Origin: Cystobasidiomycetes sp. EMM_F5
Taxonomy: Eukaryota
DNA: 64,000 nt
NCBI GenBank assembly: GCA_051047955.1
Contig: JBPGPT010000004.1
Span: 62,001-126,000 of the forward strand
Reading direction: 5' to 3'
In this document: one piece after another, positions 1-12,753 of the stretch
Layout of the letters: every line of letters begins with the position of its first letter
Numbering within the stretch: the first letter of the stretch is position 1
Program-made: the position numbers and the translations under genes
The notes under the pieces: generated by a model
Seen by the model: only the letters and a program-made list of their open reading frames with translations
The model's database searches: none
What the model was told of the DNA's origin: nothing

Positions 1-837
1 TACGCCAAGACCATCAACCTCTCCGCCGAGAAGGAGCCAGAGATCTACAGTGCCATCCGCTTCGGCTCCATTCTCGAAAACGTCGTCTTTGATGGCGAGA
101 CCCGCGAACCAGATTACGATGATGTCTCTATCACTGAGAACACTAGAGTAAGCAATGTACCCGCCTACCCCGTCCGTATATGATGCTAACATCCCTCCCG
201 CTCATAGTGCGCGTACCCCATCGACTTCATTCCAAACGCCAAGATTCCCTGCATTGCCCACTCTCAGCCCAAAAACATCATCTACCTCACCTGCGATGCT
301 TTCGGTACACTGCCGCCCGTCAGCAAGCTCAACTCTGCTCAAGCTCAATACTGGTTCTTGGCTGGATACACCAGCAAAACACCAGGTACAGAAGACGGTG
401 TCACTGAGCCTATTCCTACTTTCTCGACTTGCTTCGGACAGCCATTCCTCGTCTGCAAGCCGAGCAGGTATGCATCAATGTTGGCCGAGAAGATGGAGGC
501 GTCCGGCGCTTCGTGCTGGTTGATCAATACCGGCTGGGTTGGTGGTGCTTACGGTACCGGCAAGCGATGCTCGCTCAAGTACACTCGTGCCATTATCGAT
601 GCTATCCACGACGGCTCAATTCACAAGGCCGAGTTCGGCACATTCAAGACTTTCGGCTTGCAAATTCCAAAGAGCTTGCCAGGTGTCCCTGAAGAGGTTC
701 TCAACCCGTTCTTGGCTTGGTCCGACAAGGGTGCTCTTGATGGATCCATCGCCAAACTCGCCACAATGTTTACAAAGAACTTCAAGCGATTCGAGGCAGA
801 TGCTGGTCCAGAGGTACTGGCCGCAGGACCGCAGTAA
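1..837 (+). CDS. PCK1: Phosphoenolpyruvate carboxykinase (ATP), 3' part (gene starts before window)
   Basis: Spliced reading (intron 148-207) gives [16 protein letters not shown]...[15 protein letters not shown]...[17 protein letters not shown]...AGYTSK...[11 protein letters not shown]...[10 protein letters not shown], characteristic of ATP-PEPCK. Confidence 0.96.
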
Positions 838-1067
838 ATTGGATCTGACCATTATTAAGCGGTAGTGGGTGTGTTGTATGATTAATTAACATTACCTGTA
901 TCGGTTGAAAAGCAATCAAGCGAGGAAATATCGATTTCTCAGCGATGTCTCGGCATGCAGAGCTTCGTTTAGCGAGGCCATCACAACATAAGTCTGAGTA
1001 GGGTGGTTTCAAGAGTGACTTGCATGCTAAGCCCAGCTATGTAAATACAGGGAGTCTGTCTATCGAG

Positions 1068-1911
1068 CTACGACGATTCTGTCTGTTCTGCGGAAGAGTC
1101 TCGGGATGCGTCATCCACGATTCTGGGCTTTTGAATGACATCGACTTCTCCTGGAGAGCATTGGCCATGAGCAACTGTCAGCCTTGCCCCGCATAGCCAA
1201 TCTCATTGAAAAGCACGCACTGCACAGGAGCAGTATTTGCTCGGTGATCTGTCCATTAGCATCCTTGTTGACCCGCTTCTTCAAGTCGGCTTCGACGCGA
1301 ACAAGAGTGCTATGAGTCACACGGAGGACATAGTAGTCAGTGTCGAGGCTACCGTGCCGAATTCGCGAATTGGCGCTAAAACGGATATGAATGAGAACCC
1401 ACCCTTTTGGCAGAGTAGAGAGGAAAGCTCGGCCGTTGGTTTGGTATGACAAAACTCGATGCCAAGTTGCCGTCGATTCTGCACGGCCTGCATGAAGAAG
1501 CATGCGAGACGGATGGATTGATTTGCGGTTGCATTGTCAGATCCGTATCCACCAGCAGAATAAGACACGAGCTTACTGCCGTCACTTGCTGGAGGGGCCC
1601 GCTCCGACTGGGCGATGGTGTATATGAGGATATCCCGGCCTTGCTTGTCCTTGGCCTGCTCTGGCACGAGACCCAGTCTGCCTATTATGCTTACTCTGGC
1701 CATATCCATTGCTGGCCGGGCAGTCGAAAAAGCCTGTCAAGCATGAGCCAGGGTGCGGGAAAGTGAACGGCATGAAAGAAGAGCCAATGCTAGTCAGTAT
1801 CTTACGGCAGAGTGCGAGACCGCCGTTGTTTAGGCAGCTTAATTCTCGCCTGTCCCAATATTGACTGACTTTTGCATTGCCAGCTGAGCGGAGTAGGCTG
1901 CGACCGAGCAT
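1068..1911 (-). CDS. RIM1: Mitochondrial single-stranded DNA-binding protein (SSB OB-fold), multi-exon
   Basis: Presequence-like MLGRSLLRSAGNAK; exons encode DMARVSIIGRLG, TATWHRV, LPKG..TLVRVEADL (SSB motifs); last exon EKVDVIQKPR...TESS*. Confidence 0.8.
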
Positions 1912-2107
1912 GTTTGGAGAGTATGCGTGGGCGATTAAGTGCTTGTGTGCTGTCGTTGTTTGATAAAAGGTTACAAAGAGACAAAGCAAAAATTGGCCGG
2001 GCGGAGCGAGAACCCCAGAACCACATGTGGGCAAAAGTTCCGTTATGCGGCACCCGAAGGCATGCTTCATTATGCATCTCAGGTCTGCGTACAACATTGC
2101 ATAATGA

Positions 2108-4259
2108 TCAAAGCAATTGCCTCTTTAGCCAGCGGTGTGTCCTTTTGTCTGCCGGTGGGATGTAGGGCTGTACAGCAGCCACGCATTCTTTATTTGTACG
2201 CTTGAGCCAGTCATACTCGTCCTTCGATAGCATCTTCCAGTTGATCATCTTGAGGTCGTGAGGCACCTGAACAAATGCATCTCAGTTGCCGATGATATCG
2301 CTCGACAGACTTAATACTGACTTGGGTAATGCGCTCGAACCCAAACCAATTTCCGCCAAATTGGTATCTCGTTTCAGTTTCCTTTACGAGATAGATGCTC
2401 TCTATTCGGATGCCGAAATTATTGGCAGCATACCATCCGGGTTCAATGCTGACAATCTGCCCAACTCGCAACGGGACCTGCGAGAATCCCGCTATACGAT
2501 GAGGGCCTTCGTGCACATTCAAGTAGCTTCCCACTCCATGGCCGGTACCGTGAAGATAGTTGAAGCCATCGGCCCACATAGGCTGTCGGGCAAGGGCGTC
2601 CAAAGCAGAGCCAGCGGTGCCTTCTGGAAATGTCTGCATAGCAGCTCTGATATGGCCTTGCAAGACGCGAGTATAGGCATGCCTGGTCATGAAGTCGTGA
2701 GCATAACTTTGTATAGCTCGCATACTGAGCTCACTTCTGTTCTGCAGTAGGCTTGCCAAAGTGATACGTGCGGGTAGTATCGATGGTACAGTCCAGATAC
2801 TGCGCGCCAGAGTCGTTGAGATACGGAGTGGTCAGGTCTATTGGCGCTGAGGTATCCTTGTGAGTCGCATAATGCGGCAGTGCGGCATTTGGTCCAGTTG
2901 CTGATATATCGCCGTAAGCAAGACCTTGGAATAGGGGCTGATGCCTTCTAAGGTCCGTGAGCTTCGCGGCGGCGTGCCACTCGGTGAAGGCTGCATCATA
3001 ACCATCGGACATTTTCTCCTCCAACCAGGCCATCCACTGAACCCATGCTACGGCATCTCTTAAGTAGCCTGCACGTATTCCGCTGAGCTCGGTAACATTT
3101 TTGATAGATTTTGCTAATTCGATGGGCGAATCTACGTGAATTGCGCAACTCTTTCCTTGTTCTGTTTGGAGAAGTTGATAGATGTAGTAAGACGCCGTAT
3201 GACTGATCAGCACCTGTTGTAGGAGATCAGCTGGCAGATTTGAGCTCTAAGTCAAAGGAGCTGACTCACTCTACAGCACGCTGGTGAGTCATTGACTGTC
3301 GGGCATTCCTTCAAGAACCTTAGGACATGTTCACCAAACTGAGTATACGGATGTACGTGGATTTTTAAGTCGCTCAAGTATTTGGCTACTTTCGAGTCTA
3401 TCTTCCTTTTATCGAGGAATATTTCAACAGCTTCGAGCGTAACCAACGCATAACCTTCAAAGACGGGAGAGTAAGGGATGTCTGCACCGCGAAGGTTGAG
3501 CAGCCACGCCAATTCGGACAATTCATGTACGATGAAAGCGTTGGCATTGTTGCTTCGAATGAATTCGCGCAATGCGGAAAGCTTGTCTTTACTGGATCTG
3601 CCAGCGTACTGCTCGTGAAGAGTCAATGCAACGCTGCTGCCTGCTGGTCTATCACTCCAGATTGCGTCTACCAGATTGTGCGGGCACTGTATGAGGCGTG
3701 TGGATGACTGGTCGGCCTCTTGGAGGATATTCAGAAGTGATCTCACGCTTGAGATGTCAAAAAGATTGTAATCGATGCCTACTTTGATGCTGGAGGGAAG
3801 AGCTTTGACATATTCCAGCCATGTTTTCACGCCTGGCAAGCCGACCTTCTGGACCTTCCAATTGACATCAACTTCGTCGACAGCTTGGATGTGGTAGCGG
3901 CCGTCTACGAAAAGGACAGCGTCTGAACGAGTAACGAGTATCGTACTAGCTTCACCGGTAAATCCAGAGATGTACCGCTGTCGACGATCCTTGTCCGCGA
4001 CGACTTCGCTGCCGTGTGCATCTCCGGCCGGGATGATGTACACATCGATCTGCATGGCACATTAGTGCTTTATGTTATTTGAAATTGTGCAGCCTCTTAC
4101 GCCTGCTGTGGAGATTTCCTCCCTCAAACGGCGCAGACGGTCTGTACTGTCGACCTTTGAGGATCCGGCCCCCGACGAGAAGGTGCCGTAGGACTTCTCA
4201 TCGTCCAACAGGCTGTACTTGCGTGTCTTGCCCGGTCTGCCCAGACAGCCGAACATCAT
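2108..4259 (-). CDS. Xaa-Pro aminopeptidase (M24B, aminopeptidase P / FRA1-like), multi-exon
   Basis: Motifs DAHGSE..RQRYISGFTG, FVDGRYHIQA, LNLRGADIPYSPVF, DSGAQYLDCTIDTTRT, YLHGTGHGVGSYLNVHEGP, SIEPGWY, GIRIE; spliced last exon ends ...HRWLKRQLL* at 2108. Confidence 0.93.
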
Positions 4260-4335
4260 ATCGAGCGATGTCGTCGATCAGCGCGTATTGAGCTGCAGGA
4301 ACGTATGTTGTCAGTCCATTTGTGTGTCCATAGCC

Positions 4336-5760
4336 ATGGTTGAGCTCCGACAAGCTATGGCGTCGACCTCGGCGTCTCAGATGGGAAACTGGCCAACCCG
4401 GCAGATGCGAGGTGGATGTCCGCAATGAAGCTGCGTAAAGGCCAAAACTGAGTTCGTCGGAAATATTATTGGTGCAGGTCACAGAGACAAGGTGCGTGGT
4501 CTTATCCCTCTGCAGTAACAGCTACATACTGACAGGCCTGCCAGATATTTTCTTTGGATTGGAGCTGCGATGGTCGGGCTGATGATGCATTCTGATGTAC
4601 AACGAAACTGATCTCGAGCAATCTTTAGGCAGAAGATTGGCTAGCGGATCTGCAGACAAGACTCTGGTGCGATGCATATCACATCGAGGAAGTCATATAG
4701 GGACTGATAGGCGCAACCACAAATGGACAGCGGGTCTGGAACCCAGAAAGAACAGATGCCAAATCAACGGAACTCAAAGGTCATACCGCGGGCGTGGATC
4801 AACTAAGATGGGACCCGTCAAATCCCGAACGTCTTGTTACCGCTTCGACAGATTCTACGGTCCGCTTCTGGGACATACGGCAAGGGAAACCTACGCATGT
4901 TATTCCGACTCCTGGGCAGAATATCAATCTGGCGGTCTCGCCCACCGGCAAGACTGTCGTTGTTGGCAATAAGAAGGATGTCGTCACCTTTATAGACATG
5001 GACTCTGCCAAAATAATGACCGAAATGGCAGACAAGCCGCTAGCCCCGAAGGGCATTGAAGTAATTTCTCAATGTTGCGAGTGATTACCAGCATCATCTA
5101 ATTCTCTAGCCCCTAGGTCAACGAGTTCAAGTTTAGCAACTCTGGCAACTTCTTCTTTCTGTTATTAGGGGATGGTACTATACGAACATACGAATTCCCG
5201 TCTCTGCAGTTGTATCAGAAGGTTCTGGCGCACCCAGCTCCATGCTTCTGTATCGATGTAGATCCGAGGGGAAGGTACAGAAAATATACGCCAAGATGAA
5301 AGCGCTTGCTGATGTGCAATGTATCCAGATTCATCGCCGTCGGAAGTACCGATTCTCTGGTCAGCTTGTGGGACTTGCAAGAGTGGTACTGCGTGCGTAC
5401 ATTCTCAAAACTCGAGTACGTCAGGATGTCCACAAAGACTGCATCGAGCCATGCTAAAAGTTGGCCTAGATCGCCCGTACGAACGGTTGGCTTCTCATGT
5501 GACGGTGAATTCCTCGCGAATGCTGGGGAGGATCTGACCATGGACATTGTGAGTGGTTCTACTCCTTCCGACATTGGAACTTCACTGATACTGGTCTACG
5601 TCGCCTTGCGTATCGGCAGTCGCACGTCGAAACGGGCAAGTCTCTCCACTCGCTTTCTCTTACCGCACCGTGCAATACATTAGCGTGGCATCCAACTCGG
5701 CCTTACTTGGCGTATGCATGCGATGAGCAGTCTGGAACTGCTCGCGTGTTTGGATTGTAA
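4336..5760 (+). CDS. TEX1: WD40 protein, THO/TREX complex subunit 3 (THOC3/Tex1), many short exons
   Basis: Spliced: ..MRG|HRDK|IFSLDWSCDG|RRLASGSADKTL|RVWNPERTDAKSTELKGHTAGVDQLRWDP..NINLAVSPTG..AVGSTDSLVSLWDLQEWYCVRTF..LAWHPTRPYLAYACDEQSGTARVFGL*. Start ATG 4336 or 4357. Confidence 0.88.
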
Positions 5761-5841
5761 TCGTTGCTTTGAGGAGACCTTGTGTATCGTATTAGTTCTC
5801 GTTCGCATCAACCCAATATGCCAGCAGCTGAGTAGCATGGA

Positions 5842-8800
5842 ATGGATAGCTCTTTCGCGTATGGCACGCACTTTGCGCTGTCCGTGCTGGTCCTGCCAGT
5901 ACACCCCATCAAGATATCCGAGTACCAGCTGCGGCTGAGCCTGCTGCGACAGCATACGCGCATAGCTCTTGCTGATGTACCCGCAATACCGCCGCCGGGG
6001 CTCGAGACGAGCACTGGTCAGCCTAGCTACATAGTCCCGACACTGCTGCCGACGCCAACCAGTCGAGGCAATATCAACCTCGAGTTTGTCGAGACTTGGG
6101 ACAAAGAGCTGCGATGGCTCGAAGAGTTTCAGATCCACCGGCGTGTGGTTGCCGTGATTGGAATAGTCGACTGCTCTGAATGGCACAACGAACTCAAAGA
6201 TGCAGTCGCAGCTTTCGCCGAACTCGCGCTCGAACAAGCTCCGCCAGACGTCTTTGTGCGCCGGTGCTATGGTTTCAATCCAGGCGAAGCGCAGACGGAC
6301 AATGCGGAAGGTCTAGTTCTTGTCCCTACTGTCGGCGACCCTGCCTTCTATGTCCATACTCTGCTGGCCGAAGTCTGCTCTGGACTCCTGGCCGGCTTAT
6401 CGGGAGTGGTGTGTGAGCAGACTCGAAGCTTGTCAACAACCCTGCTGATTTCTCGTCATGCTCTTGAAGATGGTTTCCTTCGATTCCAGGCAGGGTTTCA
6501 GCGCGCCAACCCAGGGAGGACTCTCTACGCCGGCTCTGCCTACAACAAACTACTTTGCAGCTGATCCGGCAGTCGAAGTCAGCGCCTCAGAGAAGCTAGC
6601 GGCATCCCTGGATCGCACTATGTCACCGAAGACAATATCCAGTCCGTCCAGGTCGGGCAGACAGAGTACAGAGGGTACAAAGAATCGCAATGTAGCTACG
6701 GGTGAATTCACCGATGCCAAATCTCGCAAAAAACTACCTGCGCGTCTCGCTAAACTGCAGGGTGATATTTACGCTCTGAGTGGCAGGACCACGGACGCCT
6801 ACTCCAAGTAAATCTGTACTGCTTCGCTAGCTCGACGAATGCTGAACATGTACCCTCAGATATACTGAGGCGGTAGCGTTGGCAAAGTCGACGGGCGACA
6901 ATCTATGGTCAGCCGCAGCTCAAGAAGCGAGTATCATACTCCAAGCTTACCAGGCTTGGCTCGGTAGTCCGCCCAATGTAAGAGGATCAGTCTGTTGTGT
7001 TCAGCTGAAAATATCTAACGAGCGTAAATGCCAACTCGTCGTCAGGGCACATCACATGCCAGACTCGATGATAATCCCTCAAGCATTGCTGCCGATACCC
7101 AATCGAAGGCCTTTGTAAATGCATCTCTCGGCAGTCAGCTGTTGAGTGCATACACACATGTCCTTTTAGGATACGCCAAATCCGGTCAGCGAAATAGTGC
7201 GGCAGCTCTGCCGACTCCAGATGGAAGTGTATCGACTCCGACGCCCGCGAGTCTTGACGGCGAAGACGCCATACATCATTTAGTCTACGTCGAGACCTGT
7301 TTACGCCTGCTGAGATTGCAGGTTGCCATCCTCTTGTGTGGTGGCTGGAATGCACGAAGCCTCTCCATGATTGTCACTCACAGCCCCGCTGAATGGCCGG
7401 AATACGACCTGCTGCGCGCTCTCTCCACAGATGGGTCAGATGTGGTCACCAGGGGAGAGGTACTTCATCTTATTAATGTGGCTTACTCTCACACCAAGCA
7501 CGCTAGTATCCGCAACAGGGATCAGATCCGCTTTCTCAACAGTTGCGCAATAGCACTAAATTGCCTGAAATATTATCGCAAGCGGGCAGTGTTTCTAAGA
7601 GAGCTTGGGGCTGTTGCAGCTACTGCTGCTGCACAAGTCACGGTACCCGACGTCCAGCCAGGAGACGTGGTGGCTAGCAAGGCGGAAGCCGCTGGCAGTC
7701 GTCGCATCATATCAATCATGGAAGAAGCATGCACTGCTTACAATGTTGACGTAGTGTCATTATCAGAAATTACATTACCGCTCGGTGGAACGCAACCAAT
7801 AACGCCCGCGGCGGATGCTTCATCATTCTTGGCATTCGGATGGCCTGACCTTCAGATAGCAGTTGTCAAGGACGCTATGACTGCAGCGGACATTCTTGCA
7901 GACTATCTCGGCGCTATTCGCTTCACAATGACGGCTCTACGAAGATTAAGCGATGCAATGTGTCCGCCTGATCAGTATAAACTGAGCCAGAACATTGTTC
8001 GATTGTTTGCGGCTGTAGCGAGACGTGCACCAGCGTACCACATGACATACTGGGGACCAGAAGACCTGGTGATGAGCATTGATGTGGCGGGAATGTCCTC
8101 AGATCGCGTCTTGACGGAGCAGGCCGAAATTATACTGGATTCCGATGGCCAGCCGCCTGTAGCGCTACAAGTGCAGAGTCCATTCGTTCACAGTACGGCA
8201 CGGCAAGTGTCACGGGCACAGACACTGGTCAGTTGGTTTCCCGGCTACAGGTCATGCTGATGCAAATCTAACGCATGCTTCAATAGCCTACGCTCGTGCA
8301 GGACGAAAGCGCGGAATTCTTCGTAACGCTGCGTAATCCATTCCTCTTCGATTTGAAAATCGACAGTATCGATATCCTGTCAGTTTAGCAGCGACTAAAT
8401 CTAATGTTCCGCTGGCTGAGCATATTCAATCTACAGCACCAAGGGCGTGACGTGCGTCGCGCACTCCGTCAAAACGGTAGTGCCTGCTGCATCGGTATCA
8501 ACAGTTCGACTCTCCTGTCTGCCGACAACTAGTGGCACATTGACAGTGCAAGGTTGTCGCATACGTCTTGCTGGATGCGAAGCGCGTTACTTTTTGGTGC
8601 CTCTTGAGACGGATGGAGAGCATTCTGGGCAGCAACAAGAGCGCTTGAATCTCGCAATGCAGTCGGAACGTCTCAAACTACCGGCCTATGGCCGGGCAGA
8701 TCGACTCCCGATGGTTGAAATGCATCGCGAGATGACCTTCCTGGAATGTGCTGTTGTTTCTCCGCAACCAATGCTAGAAGTGAGCGTCGACGGCCTTATC

Positions 8801-10414
8801 AATTCATCTATTGTGCTCCTAGAAGGCGAAAGGTACTTCGTGTTTATCTCAGCTATGCGCAACCCTGACTTCCGTGTTTCTTCCTGTTCAGTGCTTATGT
8901 CCCACTCGCAATCAGTAACATTTCGATTTTGCGCGTGGATTGGGTACGTATCAGCTTCGCAGATTCGTTTACATCGCATATGCGGGAACTCTTGTTAGAG
9001 AACGAATTTTCTCCATCGGTGACATACGACATGGAGAGCGAGATATTAGACGAGCCTGTTGTGCGTCTGGCGGACATTGCTCGGACCAGTGCGATTGAAG
9101 CGGGTCAGTCTCTTCGTCTGGTCATGCAATGTTTAGGTAAACCTGGACTGTAAGTTCAACAAAGCTCGTAATGACATTCCAGACTGATGTGTCTCATTGA
9201 AGGTCTCATATAAAAGTGCAGCTCGACTATGCTCGCACCAACACCTCTGCACCGCAAAAGACTCGCATCCTGTCGAGGCAAAGCGTGGTGCCCATCAATG
9301 TATCGGTGTATCCGTCCGTGCGATGTGTCAGCATGAGCATTATCCCTTTCAAGACCGCAACGCACAGGCGGCACGATACCAGCAAGATCGCGTCGGATGT
9401 ATCATCCACCAATCACTCGTCAATACAATCTGCACTTCGTAGTACACATTCCGCCGAATCATGTCTCCTCATTTTGGAGGTTCATAACGCCTCTGTAAGA
9501 CAGCGGTTCCGAGCAAGTCTATTTACGTCAGACAGGGGCGGCGGCGGCATAGCAGAGGATATCGCGCCGGGTGACACAATCAAGTAAGCTTCACTGCTTT
9601 TTAGAATTGACTATAATCACGAGGGGCTGACTGCCTGTCAGCCTGATTGTACCCACTCCGCGCATCTCTCTCAGTGCTGCGGTACTGCGACAGGGCATCC
9701 CTTCATTGTCAGATAAGCAGTTCATCGTGGGAAAAGAAAAGCTCTCGCCGCTGGATCTCGAATTGTTCTGGTATCGCTTAGAGCTATTGAAACGACTGCA
9801 ATTGACTTGGCGAGACGTCGGCACGCAAAAGTGCGGTGTCACCAGTCTTAAAGACATGCCACTCACCTTGAGCATGTTGCGAGCGCTTAAAGCCGACGCC
9901 ATCGACGTCCAATATACGATTACATCGAATGAAGATGATCACCCGGTATCTGAGACCGGAGACGGAGCTTTCAACGTATCAATGGGCGAGTTCTACAAGA
10001 TCAAGGTCATTGCAACCAATCGCAGCGGTAAGCGGCGCTGCTGCCACTACGTCATGATCCTGAGTGTCAATACTGATGAATTTTCCTTCAGATCGACCAA
10101 TGGCAATGACCGCTCGTCTTTCCGCTCTAATGGCTAGTCCTCAGCAGAGCGAAATCGCCGTGGTCGGACCTTCATCAAGGCAGCACGCCTTTGACCGAGG
10201 AGATCAGCTGACAATGCAAAACATGCTAATCGACGGTACTGCTGCGCGCAGACTGTCGAGCATGGAAGAATCCGAATCGTCAACGACCACATTTACAGTC
10301 TGTTTCTTATCGCAAGGCCGCTACGAGCTGGTATGTAGAGTGAACGAAGAGGGAGATGACAGTCAAGATGGATCATCGCACGCAGAGAACACTTTCATAG
10401 CGGTCGTGGCATAA
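5842..10414 (+). CDS. TRS120: TRAPP II complex subunit Trs120 (TRAPPC9), multi-exon
   Basis: N-term LSVLVLPVHPI..LADVP, LEEFQIHRRVVAVIGIVDC, RLAKLQGDIYALSGR..DNLWSAAAQE, FGWPDLQIAVVKD, VTLRNPFLFDLKI, ELFWYRLELLKRLQLTW; ~4.6 kb span. Confidence 0.88.
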
Positions 10415-10533
10415 GCAGTGCAGTGCTGTCATTGTGTTGTAACTCAATCTCGACAATGATCGAAACAATGTAGATACATAGGCAGAAACAACCGCACTTA
10501 ATTACGCTGTGCATGAGTCATATGCCGCAGTCG

Positions 10534-12597
10534 TCATCTGCGATCTACTACAACTTCAAAACTGCTCTTTGAGGGATGAAATGCTGCCGTGTCTTGTTGT
10601 TCCCACAGGCCCTGTCCAAAATCAAGTGTGGGAAGGCCCAGAGGCATAACCGGAGGAGGCGGTGCCGCTTGGCGAGGAGATCTCGCATTCGTATTTGTAG
10701 GAGTGCCAGCAATGGACTCGCTCGAGCGGTTCCGATGATAGTCGCGCTCACTCTGACGCATAGCAAAGCGATGCGCTTGCGCTGGAGAGAAACGAGCGGG
10801 GCTCTGTAGACCACCAGAGGTAGGCCGTGGCGGGGAAGTGACGTTATCTTGGTAGTATTGACCTGGTGATGCTGCTTGTTGGGTAGAGAGGGATTGAACA
10901 GCGTGCAAAGGATCGTTTGGAGACGGCGGTGACAGAAGAAGCGATGGTTCAGGAGACGCAGGAGCTGGTACAGCATCTGAATTGATCGGGTTGACGAGTG
11001 CGGTGGTTGAACGCATTGCATCCAGATTGTCCGTATCTTCGGCGTCGGCGGCACTGGCCTGTATCTTGTGTGTTACTCCAGACTGTGGAGTCTTGTCAGG
11101 ATCAATAGGAAAGCGGTCATTTTGCGGTGTGGCCAGGTTCTGTAGGTCTGTTTCCTCGACAGCAGCAGTACTCGACGGCTGTCGAGCCAGGAGCGTGCGT
11201 CCTGTATTGCTCTGGATGTCGCTCAGGGGCTGCAACTGCAGCGGAGAAGGCTTTGATTGGCGGTCAAGGGTACCTGCTCCGTTGATGCCGGCGTGGAAGG
11301 CATTGTTCTGCACCTCTCGACGACTAGGAGAATTGCCGTTGAGCACGACATTCTCATTGTCATCCTCACCCTCTTCGGTGTACATGCCGAAGTCTGCCCA
11401 ATGGCGCTTGGACCGCTCTACTAGCGCTTCTATCGTATTCATCCCGGAAAAGATGGGGGAATCGTACGTCCACTCCATGCCTTGCCGTTTTCGGTGTGTA
11501 TCTGAGCTCTCTTGACGACCACCGCTGGAATTACGGTACGCCGATTCATCGTCGTCATAATCATCAGGAGAACCATAGCCCGCCTCGTCTCGTCTACGAC
11601 TTGTAGTTGCGCTCAGATCGTCTGCAAAGCTGGCCAGGAAGCGTGCCCATCCGCCTCCGATATTTGCATCGTACGCACTGTTGTCTGCCCATCCATTCCA
11701 GAGGACAGTCTTTACGTCAATTTCTCGGCCGAATGCAATCACCTGTCCTCGGCCAGGTAGGATCCGAGGAACGCCCTGAGGGAGGGCTGCGATTTGTTCA
11801 TCGCTCAAAGTTGGCGGATCAAGATCGACGCCGATATAGTTGCCATAGCCGTCTTTCAACAGGGGTAGCCAGGAAGGATGCGAATATTCCTCTCGGACGA
11901 AACCTTCTGGACACGAAGTCATGCGTCCGCGTACAGTCCTTGGGTCCATCTCTGACCCAAACAGAAATGCGTCCGTAGATGGCATGCGTGGATTGTGTGA
12001 TTGTTGGCGGCCTTTGCCTTTGACGTCTGCAAACGGATGCGCGCGCTTGTGTACGACGGGTGAGGGCGGGGTTGAAATATCCAATCTTCGCCAGAAACGG
12101 TACTCCTCCAGGACTTCCTCTATGCTCATCCACCACAGACCGTATATGTAGCCCTGCGCGCCCTCGACTTCCTCATTCTCGCCAGATCCGGGAACGCTGA
12201 AGGAATCCTGGCCGTCTGCGACTTGGTAGGCCTCGACGACATCCCTTGGGAGAATATAATCTTTGAGTGCCTGCTGCAGCTCGGCTATGGACTGCTTGCT
12301 GGCACCGTACGATAGGGTATCGTTGAGTTCTGGTCTGATCTTGCGGACGAGCGAGCGTATCCTAGCCAGCGAGTGCTTTGCGCGCGGAGCTGGCGCATTG
12401 AGCGGCACCACCAGGTCTGGCCTGCTCGCATATGAGTGCTGCCCTCCGCTTCTCGGGGGATACGATGCTCCAGCTCCACTCTCGACGTCGCCAGCGTCAA
12501 CCTGATATGACGAGGTCGCTGCAGCCTGGCGGTGCTGCCCAGACGGTGTCGCAGAAGTGCTGCTGCGGCCAAACAGCGCTCCGAGTGAGCTCAGCAT
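10534..12597 (-). CDS. SMI1: SMI1/KNR4 (SUKH) cell-wall glucan synthesis regulator, single exon, 687 aa
   Basis: PELNDTLSYGAS..LPRDVVEAYQVADGQ..GYIYGLWWMSIEEVLEEYRFW..SCPEGFVREEYSHPSWLPLLKDGYGNYIGVDLDP..GQVIAFGREIDVKTVLW is the Knr4 core; disordered tail. Confidence 0.9.
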   Translation of the reverse strand: MLSSLGALFGRSSTSATPSGQHRQAAATSSYQVDAGDVESGAGASYPPRSGGQHSYASRPDLVVPLNAPAPRAKHSLARIRSLVRKIRPELNDTLSYGASKQSIAELQQALKDYILPRDVVEAYQVADGQDSFSVPGSGENEEVEGAQGYIYGLWWMSIEEVLEEYRFWRRLDISTPPSPVVHKRAHPFADVKGKGRQQSHNPRMPSTDAFLFGSEMDPRTVRGRMTSCPEGFVREEYSHPSWLPLLKDGYGNYIGVDLDPPTLSDEQIAALPQGVPRILPGRGQVIAFGREIDVKTVLWNGWADNSAYDANIGGGWARFLASFADDLSATTSRRRDEAGYGSPDDYDDDESAYRNSSGGRQESSDTHRKRQGMEWTYDSPIFSGMNTIEALVERSKRHWADFGMYTEEGEDDNENVVLNGNSPSRREVQNNAFHAGINGAGTLDRQSKPSPLQLQPLSDIQSNTGRTLLARQPSSTAAVEETDLQNLATPQNDRFPIDPDKTPQSGVTHKIQASAADAEDTDNLDAMRSTTALVNPINSDAVPAPASPEPSLLLSPPSPNDPLHAVQSLSTQQAASPGQYYQDNVTSPPRPTSGGLQSPARFSPAQAHRFAMRQSERDYHRNRSSESIAGTPTNTNARSPRQAAPPPPVMPLGLPTLDFGQGLWEQQDTAAFHPSKSSFEVVVDRR

Positions 12598-12753
12598 CTC
12601 AGCGATTGGCAGCGTTTGCAGGGCTCGTTGAATTGGTCAACAGCAGGTTATATTGCAACGAGCTGCAGTTTGGTCATTTCAGGCACAGAAAATGGATCAT
12701 TTGGCGTAAATTGAGGGGATTTGGTTTGCAGGCGACAGGACTGCAACGAGTCG

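Noticed and set aside
10534..12597. SMI1/KNR4 (SUKH) domain as a toxin-immunity system
   Set aside because: Architecture matches the ordinary fungal Knr4 cell-wall regulator; no adjacent toxin gene.
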